DNA from: Oscillospiraceae bacterium
GTDB taxonomy: Bacteria > Bacillota > Clostridia > Oscillospirales > Ruminococcaceae
NCBI GenBank assembly: GCA_902772105.1
Contig: CACXZI010000002.1
Span: 2,588 to 66,587 of the forward strand
Direction: 5' to 3'
Length of the DNA stretch: 64,000 nt
The notes under the pieces are model-generated. The model saw nothing but the letters and a program-made list of their open reading frames with translations, was not told the origin of the DNA and made no database searches. This document shows positions 55,992-64,000 of this stretch, piece by piece (the first letter of the stretch is position 1; the number at the start of each line of letters is the position of its first letter). The position numbers and the translations under genes are program-made.

Positions 55992-57350
55992 ATGTTTGGG
56001 GGAAATTTATTGCTGTTTGAAAATCTGTCTAAAAAAATGAACGATATTTTTAAAAAATTGCGTGGTAAAGGAAAATTAACAGAAAAAGATGTTGAAATTG
56101 CGGTAAGAGAAATAAAATTGGCTTTATTAGAAGCAGACGTTAGTTATGTTGTCGTTAAAAAATTTGTTTCTTCTTTAGCTGAAAGAGCGGTGGGGCAGGA
56201 TGTTTTAGAAAGTTTAACACCAGGCCAACAAGTTGTTAAAATAGTTAAGGAAGAATTAGAAAAATTGATGAAAAAAGATAATGAAGAAAACGAGATAAAT
56301 TTTCCATCTAAACCACCATGTATCGTTTTGATGTGTGGACTTCAAGGTAGTGGAAAAACAACACACTCAGCAAAACTTGCGAAATATTATATGAAAAAAG
56401 GACATCGGCCGCTTTTAGTTGCGTGTGACATATATCGTCCTGCAGCGATAGAACAGTTAAAAGTGATAGGTGAAAATGCTGGTGTTGCAGTGTTTGAAAA
56501 AGGGATAGAAAAGCCTTTGAAAATAGCGCAAGAAGCTTTAAAATACGCAGAGGATTATGGTTATGATTTAATTATAATAGACACAGCAGGAAGATTGCAT
56601 ATTGATGAAAAATTGATGGAAGAATTAAAAGGTCTTAAAGAAAATTTAAATATTAGTGAAACACTTTTTGTTGTAGATGCTATGACTGGACAAGATGCTA
56701 TTAATGTTTCAAAAATATTTAATGAAAATATAGGTTTTGATGGGGTTATTTTAACAAAATTAGATGGTGATACAAGAGGAGGAGCAGCACTTTCAATTTT
56801 GTATACGACACAAAAGCCTATAAAATTTATTGGGATTGGAGAAAAAATAGAAGATTTAGAACCTTTCAAAGCAGATAGAATGGCATCTAGAATTTTAGGT
56901 ATGGGAGATATTTTAACCCTTGTTGAAAAAGCTGGAAGTAATGTAGAAATTAATGATGTTAAAAAAATGGCTAAAAAAATAAAAGAAAGAAATTTTGATA
57001 TGAATGATCTTTTAAATCAAATGAAACAAATAAAAAAAATAGGTTCAATAAAAAGTATCATTGGCATGATTCCTGGAGTTAGTGGGAAAATTAAAGATGA
57101 AGATTTAGAAAAAGGTGAAGATAAAATGATTAAAATTGAAGCTATAATTTATTCTATGACAAATAAAGAGAGAGAAAAACCCTCAATCATTGACTATAGC
57201 AGAAAAAAAAGAATTGCTTCAGGTAGTGGGACGACAATTTTTGACATTAATCAGCTTTTAAAACAATATGATCAAATGCAAAAGGTTTTTAAAAAGTTTG
57301 GAGGAAAAAAAGGTTTGTTTAATAAGCTTCCTTTTTCAAAATTTAATTAA
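55992..57350 (+). CDS. ffh: Signal recognition particle protein Ffh
   Basis: GLQGSGKTT, DTAGR, TKLDGD, and a Met-rich M domain. The TTG at 56010 (6 nt after GGGGGA, giving MLFENLSKK) may be the true start. Confidence 0.95.
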   Translation: MFGGNLLLFENLSKKMNDIFKKLRGKGKLTEKDVEIAVREIKLALLEADVSYVVVKKFVSSLAERAVGQDVLESLTPGQQVVKIVKEELEKLMKKDNEENEINFPSKPPCIVLMCGLQGSGKTTHSAKLAKYYMKKGHRPLLVACDIYRPAAIEQLKVIGENAGVAVFEKGIEKPLKIAQEALKYAEDYGYDLIIIDTAGRLHIDEKLMEELKGLKENLNISETLFVVDAMTGQDAINVSKIFNENIGFDGVILTKLDGDTRGGAALSILYTTQKPIKFIGIGEKIEDLEPFKADRMASRILGMGDILTLVEKAGSNVEINDVKKMAKKIKERNFDMNDLLNQMKQIKKIGSIKSIIGMIPGVSGKIKDEDLEKGEDKMIKIEAIIYSMTNKEREKPSIIDYSRKKRIASGSGTTIFDINQLLKQYDQMQKVFKKFGGKKGLFNKLPFSKFN

Positions 57351-57407
57351 AATAAAAATTATTTTATAAAAATTGTTTAATATTATAATTTAGGAGGAAT
57401 AATAATA

Positions 57408-57647
57408 ATGGCAGTTAAGATTAGACTTAAAAGAATGGGTGCAAAAAAATTTCCTTTTTATAGGGTAGTAGTTGCAGATTCAAGATACCCACGTGATGGT
57501 AGATTCATAGAAGAAATAGGAACTTATGATCCTTTAAAAGAGCCATCACAATTAAATGTTAAAGAAGATAGGGTTAAATATTGGATTGCAAACGGAGCAA
57601 AACCAACAGATGTTTTAGCAAAGTTATTTAAAGAAAGAAAAATATAA
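57408..57647 (+). CDS. rpsP: 30S ribosomal protein S16
   Basis: [26 protein letters not shown]. Confidence 0.95.
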   Translation: MAVKIRLKRMGAKKFPFYRVVVADSRYPRDGRFIEEIGTYDPLKEPSQLNVKEDRVKYWIANGAKPTDVLAKLFKERKI

Positions 57648-57678
57648 TTTAAAGTAAGAATCACGGAGGTTATAAAAA

Positions 57679-57921
57679 ATGGATAATTTAGAGAATTTGT
57701 TAATCGATCTATCTAAAGGGTTAGTTGAAGATAAAGATGCAGTAAAAGTTACTGTTGATGAACCAAATGAAGAAGGAATAATAGTATATCACTTAGAAGT
57801 TGCAACTCCAGATAAAGGTAGAGTTATTGGAAAACAAGGAAGAATAGCAAAAGCAATAAGAGTTATAATGCGTGCGGCTGCTAATAGAATGGGCAAGAAA
57901 ATATTAGTTGAAATAGTTTAA
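57679..57921 (+). CDS. KH-domain RNA-binding protein (YlqC/UPF0109)
   Basis: 80 aa with GRVIGKQGRIAKAIR (GxxG KH loop), in the conserved position between rpsP and rimM. Confidence 0.85.
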   Translation: MDNLENLLIDLSKGLVEDKDAVKVTVDEPNEEGIIVYHLEVATPDKGRVIGKQGRIAKAIRVIMRAAANRMGKKILVEIV

Positions 57922-58461
57922 TTGGAGTATGAAGAATTGAACAAAAGAAAAAAGTTATATATAGAATTAGGAAAAATTACAACAACACATGGGATTAATG
58001 GATTTTTAAAAATAAATGGATGGTGTGATGATTTAAATATATTTAATGATTTGAAAAAAATATATTTAGATAAATATGGTGAAGAAAGTTTAGAAATTAA
58101 AAAAACTAAATTCATTAAAAATTTTGTATTAATTAAATTTGAGGGAATTAATACAATAGATGAAGCTCAAAAATATAAAAACAAAATAATTTATATTAAA
58201 AGAGAAAATTTAAAATTAAATGAAAATGAAATTTTGATACAAGATTTAATAGGAGTTAAAATTTATGATTATTTAAGACAAGACATATATTATGGAAAAA
58301 TAAAAGAAGTTATTAAAACAGGCGCAAATGATGTTTATGTTATATCTAAAGATAAAGAAAAAGAGAAATTAATCCCAGTTATTGATGACGTTATTAAAAA
58401 AAAAGATTTGGAAAATGGTGAGATATACATAAACGTAATTGAGGGTTTATTTGATGTTTAA
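57922..58461 (+). CDS. rimM: 16S rRNA processing protein RimM
   Basis: LGKITTTHGINGFLKI (RimM N-terminal barrel) and a PRC-barrel C-terminus. The TTG at 57937 (9 nt after GGAG) is an alternative start. Confidence 0.85.
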   Translation: MEYEELNKRKKLYIELGKITTTHGINGFLKINGWCDDLNIFNDLKKIYLDKYGEESLEIKKTKFIKNFVLIKFEGINTIDEAQKYKNKIIYIKRENLKLNENEILIQDLIGVKIYDYLRQDIYYGKIKEVIKTGANDVYVISKDKEKEKLIPVIDDVIKKKDLENGEIYINVIEGLFDV

Positions 58462-59137
58462 AGCAGATATAGCTACTTTGTTTCCTGAAATGTGCGAATC
58501 AGTTTTAAATTGTAGCATTTTAAAAAGAGCTAAAGAATTTAATTTAGTTGATATAAAAACTCATAATATAAGGAATTATTCAACCGATAAACATAAAAAA
58601 GTAGATGATTATCCTTATGGTGGGGGTAGAGGTATGCTTATGATGGCAGATCCTATATATCGTTGTTATGAATTTGTTAAAAAAAACAGAAAAGAAGATT
58701 TAAAAGTTATTTATCTTTCACCACAGGGTAAAGTATTAACACAGCAAAAGATTATAGAATTAGTCAAAAGTAAAAATCCAATATTTTTGTTATGTGGCCA
58801 CTATGAAGGTGTTGATCAAAGAGTATTGGATTTAATAGTTGATGAGGAAATATCAATAGGAGATTATGTTTTAACTGGAGGAGAATTAGGAGCATTAGTT
58901 TTATTAGATTCAATGGTTCGTTTAATACCTGGTGTTTTGGGTGATGATGAGTGTTTTTTAAATGAGAGTCATTATAATGGAATGCTAGAATACCCGCAAT
59001 ACACAAGACCTGAAGTCTGGAATAATTTAAAGGTTCCTGAAATTTTGCTATCTGGTAATCATAAGAAAATTAAAGAATGGAAAGAACAAAAAGCTATTAA
59101 GATAACGAAAAAAAAAAGGCCAGATATGTTAAAATAA
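58454..59137 (+). CDS. trmD: tRNA (guanine37-N1)-methyltransferase
   Basis: The ATG at 58454 gives MFKADIATLFPEM. Also DDYPYGGGRGMLM, CGHYEGVDQRV, GDYVLTGGE. Confidence 0.9.
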   Translation: MFKADIATLFPEMCESVLNCSILKRAKEFNLVDIKTHNIRNYSTDKHKKVDDYPYGGGRGMLMMADPIYRCYEFVKKNRKEDLKVIYLSPQGKVLTQQKIIELVKSKNPIFLLCGHYEGVDQRVLDLIVDEEISIGDYVLTGGELGALVLLDSMVRLIPGVLGDDECFLNESHYNGMLEYPQYTRPEVWNNLKVPEILLSGNHKKIKEWKEQKAIKITKKKRPDMLK

Positions 59138-59159
59138 ACTTTTTTCGGAGTAGACTAAT

Positions 59160-59414
59160 ATGTTTGAAAAAAAAATTAGTATAAAAAATAGAATAGGATT
59201 ACATTCAAAACCAGCAACATATTTTACAAAAAAAGCAAATGAATATAAGTCTTCAATAATGGTATATAAAGATACCGAATGTGCTAATGCAAAAAGTCTT
59301 TTAGGAATATTATCTCTTGGGATAATGGGAAAAGATGAAATAAAAATTTCTGCTAATGGTGTTGATGAAGAACAAGCTGTTGAAGCTTTAGTTGAATTTT
59401 TAGAAGGGCTATAG
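59160..59414 (+). CDS. ptsH: HPr-family phosphocarrier protein
   Basis: 84 aa. IGLHSKPA (His15 present, Arg17 replaced by Lys) and NAKSLLGILSLG (Ser46 region). Confidence 0.75.
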   Translation: MFEKKISIKNRIGLHSKPATYFTKKANEYKSSIMVYKDTECANAKSLLGILSLGIMGKDEIKISANGVDEEQAVEALVEFLEGL

Positions 59415-59425
59415 TTCTAAACGAG

Positions 59426-61240
59426 ATGGACACAAAAAATAAATTAAGAGAGAAAGCATTAAACTTAACGACAAATCCTGGTGTATATTTAATGAAAGAC
59501 AAAGATGAAGAAATAATATATATTGGAAAAGCAAAGAATTTAAAGAATAGAGTTGTTAGCTATTTTAGAAATCTTTCTTCACATAATGAAAAAGTTAAAA
59601 AAATGGTTGAGAATGTTTGTGATTTTAATTTTTTTGTAACCGATTCAGAATTTGAAGCTTTAGTTTTAGAATGTAGTTTAATAAAGGAATATAAACCAAA
59701 ATATAATATTCTTTTAAAAGATAGTAAAGGTTATAAATATATTAAAATAACAAATGAGAATTACCCAAAAATTAGTGTTTGTAGCAAAAAAGCTCAAGAT
59801 CAATCAATGTATATTGGTCCATATGTTAGTTCTTTTTCGGTTAAACAAGCAGTTGAAGAAGTCAACAAAATTTTTATGTTGCCTGTTTGTAACACGGATT
59901 TTAATCAAAAAAAAAGAAAAAGACCATGTTTGAACTATTATATTAAGAGATGTATGGGACTTTGCCAGAAAAATATTTCTAGTGAAGAATATAAAAATAT
60001 AATAGATGAGGCAATAAAATACATAAAAAAAGGGGACATAATATATTTAAAAAATCTTGAAAAACAAATGAAAAAAGCAGCAAAAGAAGAAGATTTTGAA
60101 AATGCTATAAAATTTCGTGATAAAATAGATGCAATAAAAAAAATACATGAAACACAGAAAGTTTATTTAAAAAATGAACTTAACGCTGATGTTATAGCTT
60201 TTTCTAGAGTTGAAGACAAAATTTGTTTTGTTATATTAAAATTTAAGTTAGGAAAAATATATGATAAAGAAGAGTTTATTTTTAAAATAACAACAGATAT
60301 TGAAAACACAAAAGAAGAATTTTTAGCTGGATATTACTATAAAAAAAACTATATTCCAGAATATGTTATATTAGATTTTAAAATAGATAATTTAAGTTTA
60401 TATGAAGAATATTTAAAAAATCAGGCTAAACGTAAAGTTTTTGTTAAAATTCCTGAAAGAGGGGCATACAAAAATTTAGCAAATTTAGCATATGAAAATT
60501 CTAAAGAAACGTTAAATTTAAGTAATAAAGAAAAATTTAAAGAAGACAAAACCTTAAAACAACTGCAAAATATTTTACAGTTAAAAAAAATTCCAGAATA
60601 TATAGAAGCTTATGATATTTCAAATTTAGGAGATCAAGACTTAGTTGGTGGTATGGTTGTTTTTAAAAATAAGATACCATATAAAAAAAATTATAGAAAA
60701 TTTAAAATAAAAACAGTTAAAACAAGAGATGATTATGCTTGTATGAGAGAAGTTATTAAAAGGAGAATTGAAGAATTTGAAGAAAAAAAAGATGAAAGCT
60801 TTAAAATTTTGCCAGATCTAATTTTAATAGATGGTGGGAAAAATCACATTTTAGCAGTTGAAAAAATATTTAAAGAAAAGAATTTTGACGTTCCTTTTTT
60901 TGGATTAGTGAAAGATAGCAATCATAAAACAAGAGCAATAGTTTCAAAAGAAGGAACAATTTCAATATATTCGCAAAAAAATATTTTTTTATTTTTAACT
61001 AAAATTCAAGACGAAGTTCATAGATTTACAATTTCATATCAAAAAAACCTACACAAAAAAAATACTTTAAAATTCGATTTAACTTCAATTGAAGGAGTTG
61101 GAGAAAAAACTGCCTTAAAATTTTTAAAATTATATGGAAATATGGAAAAAATAAAAAATTCAAATCCAGAAGAATTGTCTAAAACATTAAAAATTAATTT
61201 AAAAATAGCAGAAAAAATAATAAATTTTTTTGAAAAATAA
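59426..61240 (+). CDS. uvrC: Excinuclease ABC subunit C
   Basis: GIY-YIG N-terminus (PGVYLMKDKDEEIIYIGKAKNLKNRV), a UVR domain (EDFENAIKFRDKIDAI), an endonuclease V-like domain, and a C-terminal HhH. Confidence 0.95.
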   Translation: MDTKNKLREKALNLTTNPGVYLMKDKDEEIIYIGKAKNLKNRVVSYFRNLSSHNEKVKKMVENVCDFNFFVTDSEFEALVLECSLIKEYKPKYNILLKDSKGYKYIKITNENYPKISVCSKKAQDQSMYIGPYVSSFSVKQAVEEVNKIFMLPVCNTDFNQKKRKRPCLNYYIKRCMGLCQKNISSEEYKNIIDEAIKYIKKGDIIYLKNLEKQMKKAAKEEDFENAIKFRDKIDAIKKIHETQKVYLKNELNADVIAFSRVEDKICFVILKFKLGKIYDKEEFIFKITTDIENTKEEFLAGYYYKKNYIPEYVILDFKIDNLSLYEEYLKNQAKRKVFVKIPERGAYKNLANLAYENSKETLNLSNKEKFKEDKTLKQLQNILQLKKIPEYIEAYDISNLGDQDLVGGMVVFKNKIPYKKNYRKFKIKTVKTRDDYACMREVIKRRIEEFEEKKDESFKILPDLILIDGGKNHILAVEKIFKEKNFDVPFFGLVKDSNHKTRAIVSKEGTISIYSQKNIFLFLTKIQDEVHRFTISYQKNLHKKNTLKFDLTSIEGVGEKTALKFLKLYGNMEKIKNSNPEELSKTLKINLKIAEKIINFFEK

Positions 61241-61469
61241 CGAATATTTCCTTTTCATTGAGCATATTATCTCTATTGTGATGATTAGAAAACATATTTT
61301 TTGTCAAAAATTTTATGTTTTTATAAGTAATATTGAGATAGTGTGGCAAAAAATGTAAATTTGACTCTGAGGATTATTAAAATTATTATTATATTTTGTA
61401 AAATAATACATTTTTTTTAAGACAAATAGACATATTTTTTCAATAATATTGTTTTTTTTACCGCTTTTC

Positions 61470-61501
61470 CTATTGACAGGTTTGGTCAATAGTATTATAA
61501 T
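61470..61501 (+). promoter_or_regulatory. Consensus sigma-A promoter with overlapping inverted-repeat operator candidate
   Basis: Perfect TTGACA (61473-61478), 17 nt, TATAAT (61496-61501). A perfect 8-bp inverted repeat ctattgac-N7-gtcaatag (61470-61492) covers the -35 and spacer. Confidence 0.55.
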
Positions 61502-61542
61502 TATCTTCGTGATAAAAATTCTTAGAGAAAGTATGTGTTTTT

Positions 61543-62916
61543 ATGGGCTTAATTAATTTTTTTAAGGAACCTGCTCCTAAGGAAGTTACAAAAAGCAAAG
61601 AAGAAATTTCTAGAGATTACAAATATTTTCAAAGAAGGCTTATGTATTCACTATACATTGGTTATGTGGTTTCCTACATTGGACGAAAAAATTTGTCAGT
61701 TGCAATGCCTACTTTATGTAAAAGTTTGCATGTAACGAAAACGGATCTTGGAATATTAGGTTCAACTTTTTATGTAACTTATGCTGTAGGAAAAATGGTT
61801 AATGGAATGCTCGCAGATAAATCTAATGTTAGAACCTTTTTTTCTTTTGGGACGATTCTGTCCGCTATTTGCTTGCTTTTTTTTGCCGTTTCAGGTATGT
61901 TAACCTCAATTCTACCTATCACAGTAATAATAGGTTTAATGGCGTTTTTCTGGGGAGCAGGTGGATGGTTTCAATCTATGACCTTCCCTCCTATTGCAAA
62001 AAGTCTTTCATATTGGTATACAAAAAAAGACCGTGGAATGAAATGGTCTTTAGTTTCAACTTCACACCAAATCGGAGTTTTGTTTGCAATAGTTATTTCG
62101 ACTTTTTCTATTTATTGTTTAGGTTGGCAAGGAGCTTTTTTAATACCAGGGATTATAACACTTTTGACAGGATTTTGGCTTTATAATAGATTAAGAGATA
62201 AACCCACGAGTTTGGGGTTACCCAAAGTTGAAGACTACAAAAAGATGATTGGTGAAGGCGAAGAAGAAGAAGACGAAAAAAAAGAAGAAACACAAGAAAA
62301 AATGTCTTATTTGCATATGTTCACAAAATATATTTTAATTAACCCTGCTGCTTGGATTTTGGCTATTTCTTTTATGTTTGTTTATGTGGTTAGAACTGCT
62401 TCAGAAGATTGGTTGGTAACATACTTTTCTGAAAAAGGTGATGCTTTAGTTGCAGCTTCTTCTAAATTAATAATCCTTTCGATTGTTGGAGCGGCAGGAA
62501 CAATGTTTGCAGGGTTGATATCAGAGAAACTTTTTAAAGGAAAAAGAACTCCAGCTAATATTTTATGTTTATTTGGTTTGCTTGCTAGTATTTTTGGATT
62601 AGCTATAAATAATGGAACAATAAAAATTTTGGATTATTTGTATGCAGCATTAATTGGTTTATTTTGTGCTGGTTTACAAAATTTAATAGGATTACATTTA
62701 GTTGAAGTTTGTTCGAAGAAAGTTGCTTCTGCTGCAAATGGTTTTGGTGGTACTTTATCTTATGTTGGAGCATTTTTAGGTTCATCTGGTACTGGTTATA
62801 TTGCAGATCGTTTTGGATGGAATGGAGTTTTTAACTATTGGATGATAAGCACTGTTGTTGCTATTTTCTTAATATTTTTGGTTATTCCTTTTGGAAAAAG
62901 AAGAAGACAAAACTAA
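61543..62916 (+). CDS. MFS organophosphate:phosphate antiporter (GlpT/UhpT/UhpC family)
   Basis: 457 aa, 12 TM. The N-terminal YKYFQRRLMYSLYIGYVVSYIGRKNLSVAMP is typical of the OPA family, with a charged central loop. Confidence 0.75.
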   Translation: MGLINFFKEPAPKEVTKSKEEISRDYKYFQRRLMYSLYIGYVVSYIGRKNLSVAMPTLCKSLHVTKTDLGILGSTFYVTYAVGKMVNGMLADKSNVRTFFSFGTILSAICLLFFAVSGMLTSILPITVIIGLMAFFWGAGGWFQSMTFPPIAKSLSYWYTKKDRGMKWSLVSTSHQIGVLFAIVISTFSIYCLGWQGAFLIPGIITLLTGFWLYNRLRDKPTSLGLPKVEDYKKMIGEGEEEEDEKKEETQEKMSYLHMFTKYILINPAAWILAISFMFVYVVRTASEDWLVTYFSEKGDALVAASSKLIILSIVGAAGTMFAGLISEKLFKGKRTPANILCLFGLLASIFGLAINNGTIKILDYLYAALIGLFCAGLQNLIGLHLVEVCSKKVASAANGFGGTLSYVGAFLGSSGTGYIADRFGWNGVFNYWMISTVVAIFLIFLVIPFGKRRRQN

Positions 62917-63968
62917 AAAGTTTAAGTTATTTTTATAAAAAAATATTTAAATAAAAAATGTAATGTAAAAAAAGTAAGTTTAAAATTATAAAAGTTATAT
63001 AAAATCTTTAAGTAACAATATATGATAGAATAAAAAGAATAATTAAAATTTTTATGTTAATGGAAGTCCCTTAATTAAAAAGAAACTTTTAGAATTATAA
63101 ACAGTAAAAATTTAAAATATAGTTTTGATAATAAATCTTTTAAACAAATAAACAAAATAAATAAAATTTAAATTTTTTATTATTAACAACAAATGAGGCA
63201 TCATAATTTTTTTATATTATTTTTGTTTTTTGAAGAAATTAAAGTTATGATTTAATAAAAATAAAATATTAAATTAAATAATTTTTAAAGTTTTGAAAAA
63301 TTATAAAAATTTTAAAATTATAAAAATTTTAAAAGCAAAAAATTAAATAAAAACTAGACTATATAATAGATTTAAACCTTGTCTTAAAAAATGAGAATAT
63401 ATAATATAATACAATAAAAAACATAAAAAATTAAAATTAAAATAATACAAAATTAAAGTTTAAAATTTAAAAATATTATTTTACAAATAGAAAATTTTAT
63501 ATTTGAATGTTTGAATTTTAATTAAATAAAATGTTATATATAGCATGTCGTTTTTATTATTTATTTTCTAATTAAGTTCGATTATAGGTAAAATATAGAT
63601 ATATTGTATATTTAGTTAAAAAACGAAAAAATTTTAGGAATAAAAAACACGAAATTTTTAGATATATAAAATATTGAATTATTAAATATTAAAATATGAA
63701 AAATAATGTAAATATAAAAAATTAAAATTTTAATAAATTTTAAATAAACATGTAACAATAAAAATTTTTGGAATGATAATATTAGAAAAATTTTATAAAT
63801 AATTTTAAAATTTGTTAAAATATGGTTTTATAAAAAATTATTATAATTAAAGCGCTGTAAACACCTATTAGCTCTACATTTTTAATTTTATTTAATGATG
63901 TCTTAATAGAAGAAACAGTCATTGTTCGATCTGTTTTTTCTATTTTTTTGTAATTTTTGCGAAAAAGG

Positions 63969-63997
63969 TTGAAAAAGAAAAGAAAATAGGTTATAAT
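63969..63997 (+). promoter_or_regulatory. Sigma-A-type promoter firing out of the window end
   Basis: TTGAAA, 17 nt, TATAAT, ending 3 nt before the window edge. The downstream gene is not visible. Confidence 0.4.
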
Positions 63998-64000
63998 GAA

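Noticed and set aside
1270-62785. About 45 antisense or alternative-frame ORFs in the track (for example 1892-2386, 6571-7056, 17302-17571, 18202-18591, 19334-19702, 21467-23692, 27815-29128, 32037-32435, 50595-51257, 52716-53024, 56561-56869, 61869-62186)
   Set aside because: Each overlaps a gene with strong motif-level homology on the other strand or frame. Their translations are low-complexity (F/S/L/I/K-rich) mirror images of the real genes, and they lack an RBS.
63298-63331. Perfect 17-nt tandem duplication (aaattataaaaatttta, two copies)
   Set aside because: It is low-complexity A/T sequence. Slippage duplications of this size are expected in ~10% GC DNA, and there is no further periodicity.

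Overview
Very AT-rich chromosomal segment. By eye, coding DNA is roughly 25-30% GC and several spacers are near 10% GC. It comes from an endospore-forming low-GC Firmicute, probably Clostridia-like: spoIVA, a SipL-like DUF3794+LysM gene, a SpoIID-domain gene and a Spo0A_C-domain gene are present, and TGA is used as a stop (standard code). I cannot name the organism from sequence alone. There are about 50 protein genes, mostly on the + strand, in housekeeping blocks with Bacillus/Clostridium-like synteny: lon-engB-lysA-miaB; ylbF-like-mutS-(traX-like)-mutL-miaA; yggS-sepF-divIVA-ileS-lspA; rluD-DUF368-rpmF; der-plsY-gpsA; rpsB-tsf; ffh-rpsP-KH-rimM-trmD; ptsH-like-uvrC. One type-A RNase P RNA (rnpB) is present. 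I saw no rRNA, tRNA, CRISPR, transposase, integrase or phage genes. The most unusual content is: (1) a ~9 kb locus (7.9-16.5 kb) with a tandem family of signal-peptide-bearing, lysine-rich proteins with no domain I recognise (4 intact genes, 5 modules, at least one decayed copy), rnpB embedded in it, and a secreted, highly divergent M16C (PreP-like, HxxEH) metallopeptidase homolog; (2) a Spo0A_C-domain protein with a degenerate receiver domain (no Asp at the expected phospho-acceptor position) between tsf and ffh; (3) seven gene-free ultra-AT-rich spacers of 0.44 to more than 1.5 kb, one of them (upstream of lon) a degenerate ~400-bp-period tandem repeat; (4) a reverse-strand orphan gene splitting the lspA-rluD pair. 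All functional calls rest on my recognition of motifs in the translated ORFs. No database search was run. Several ORF-track starts look over-extended and are corrected below using RBS spacing.
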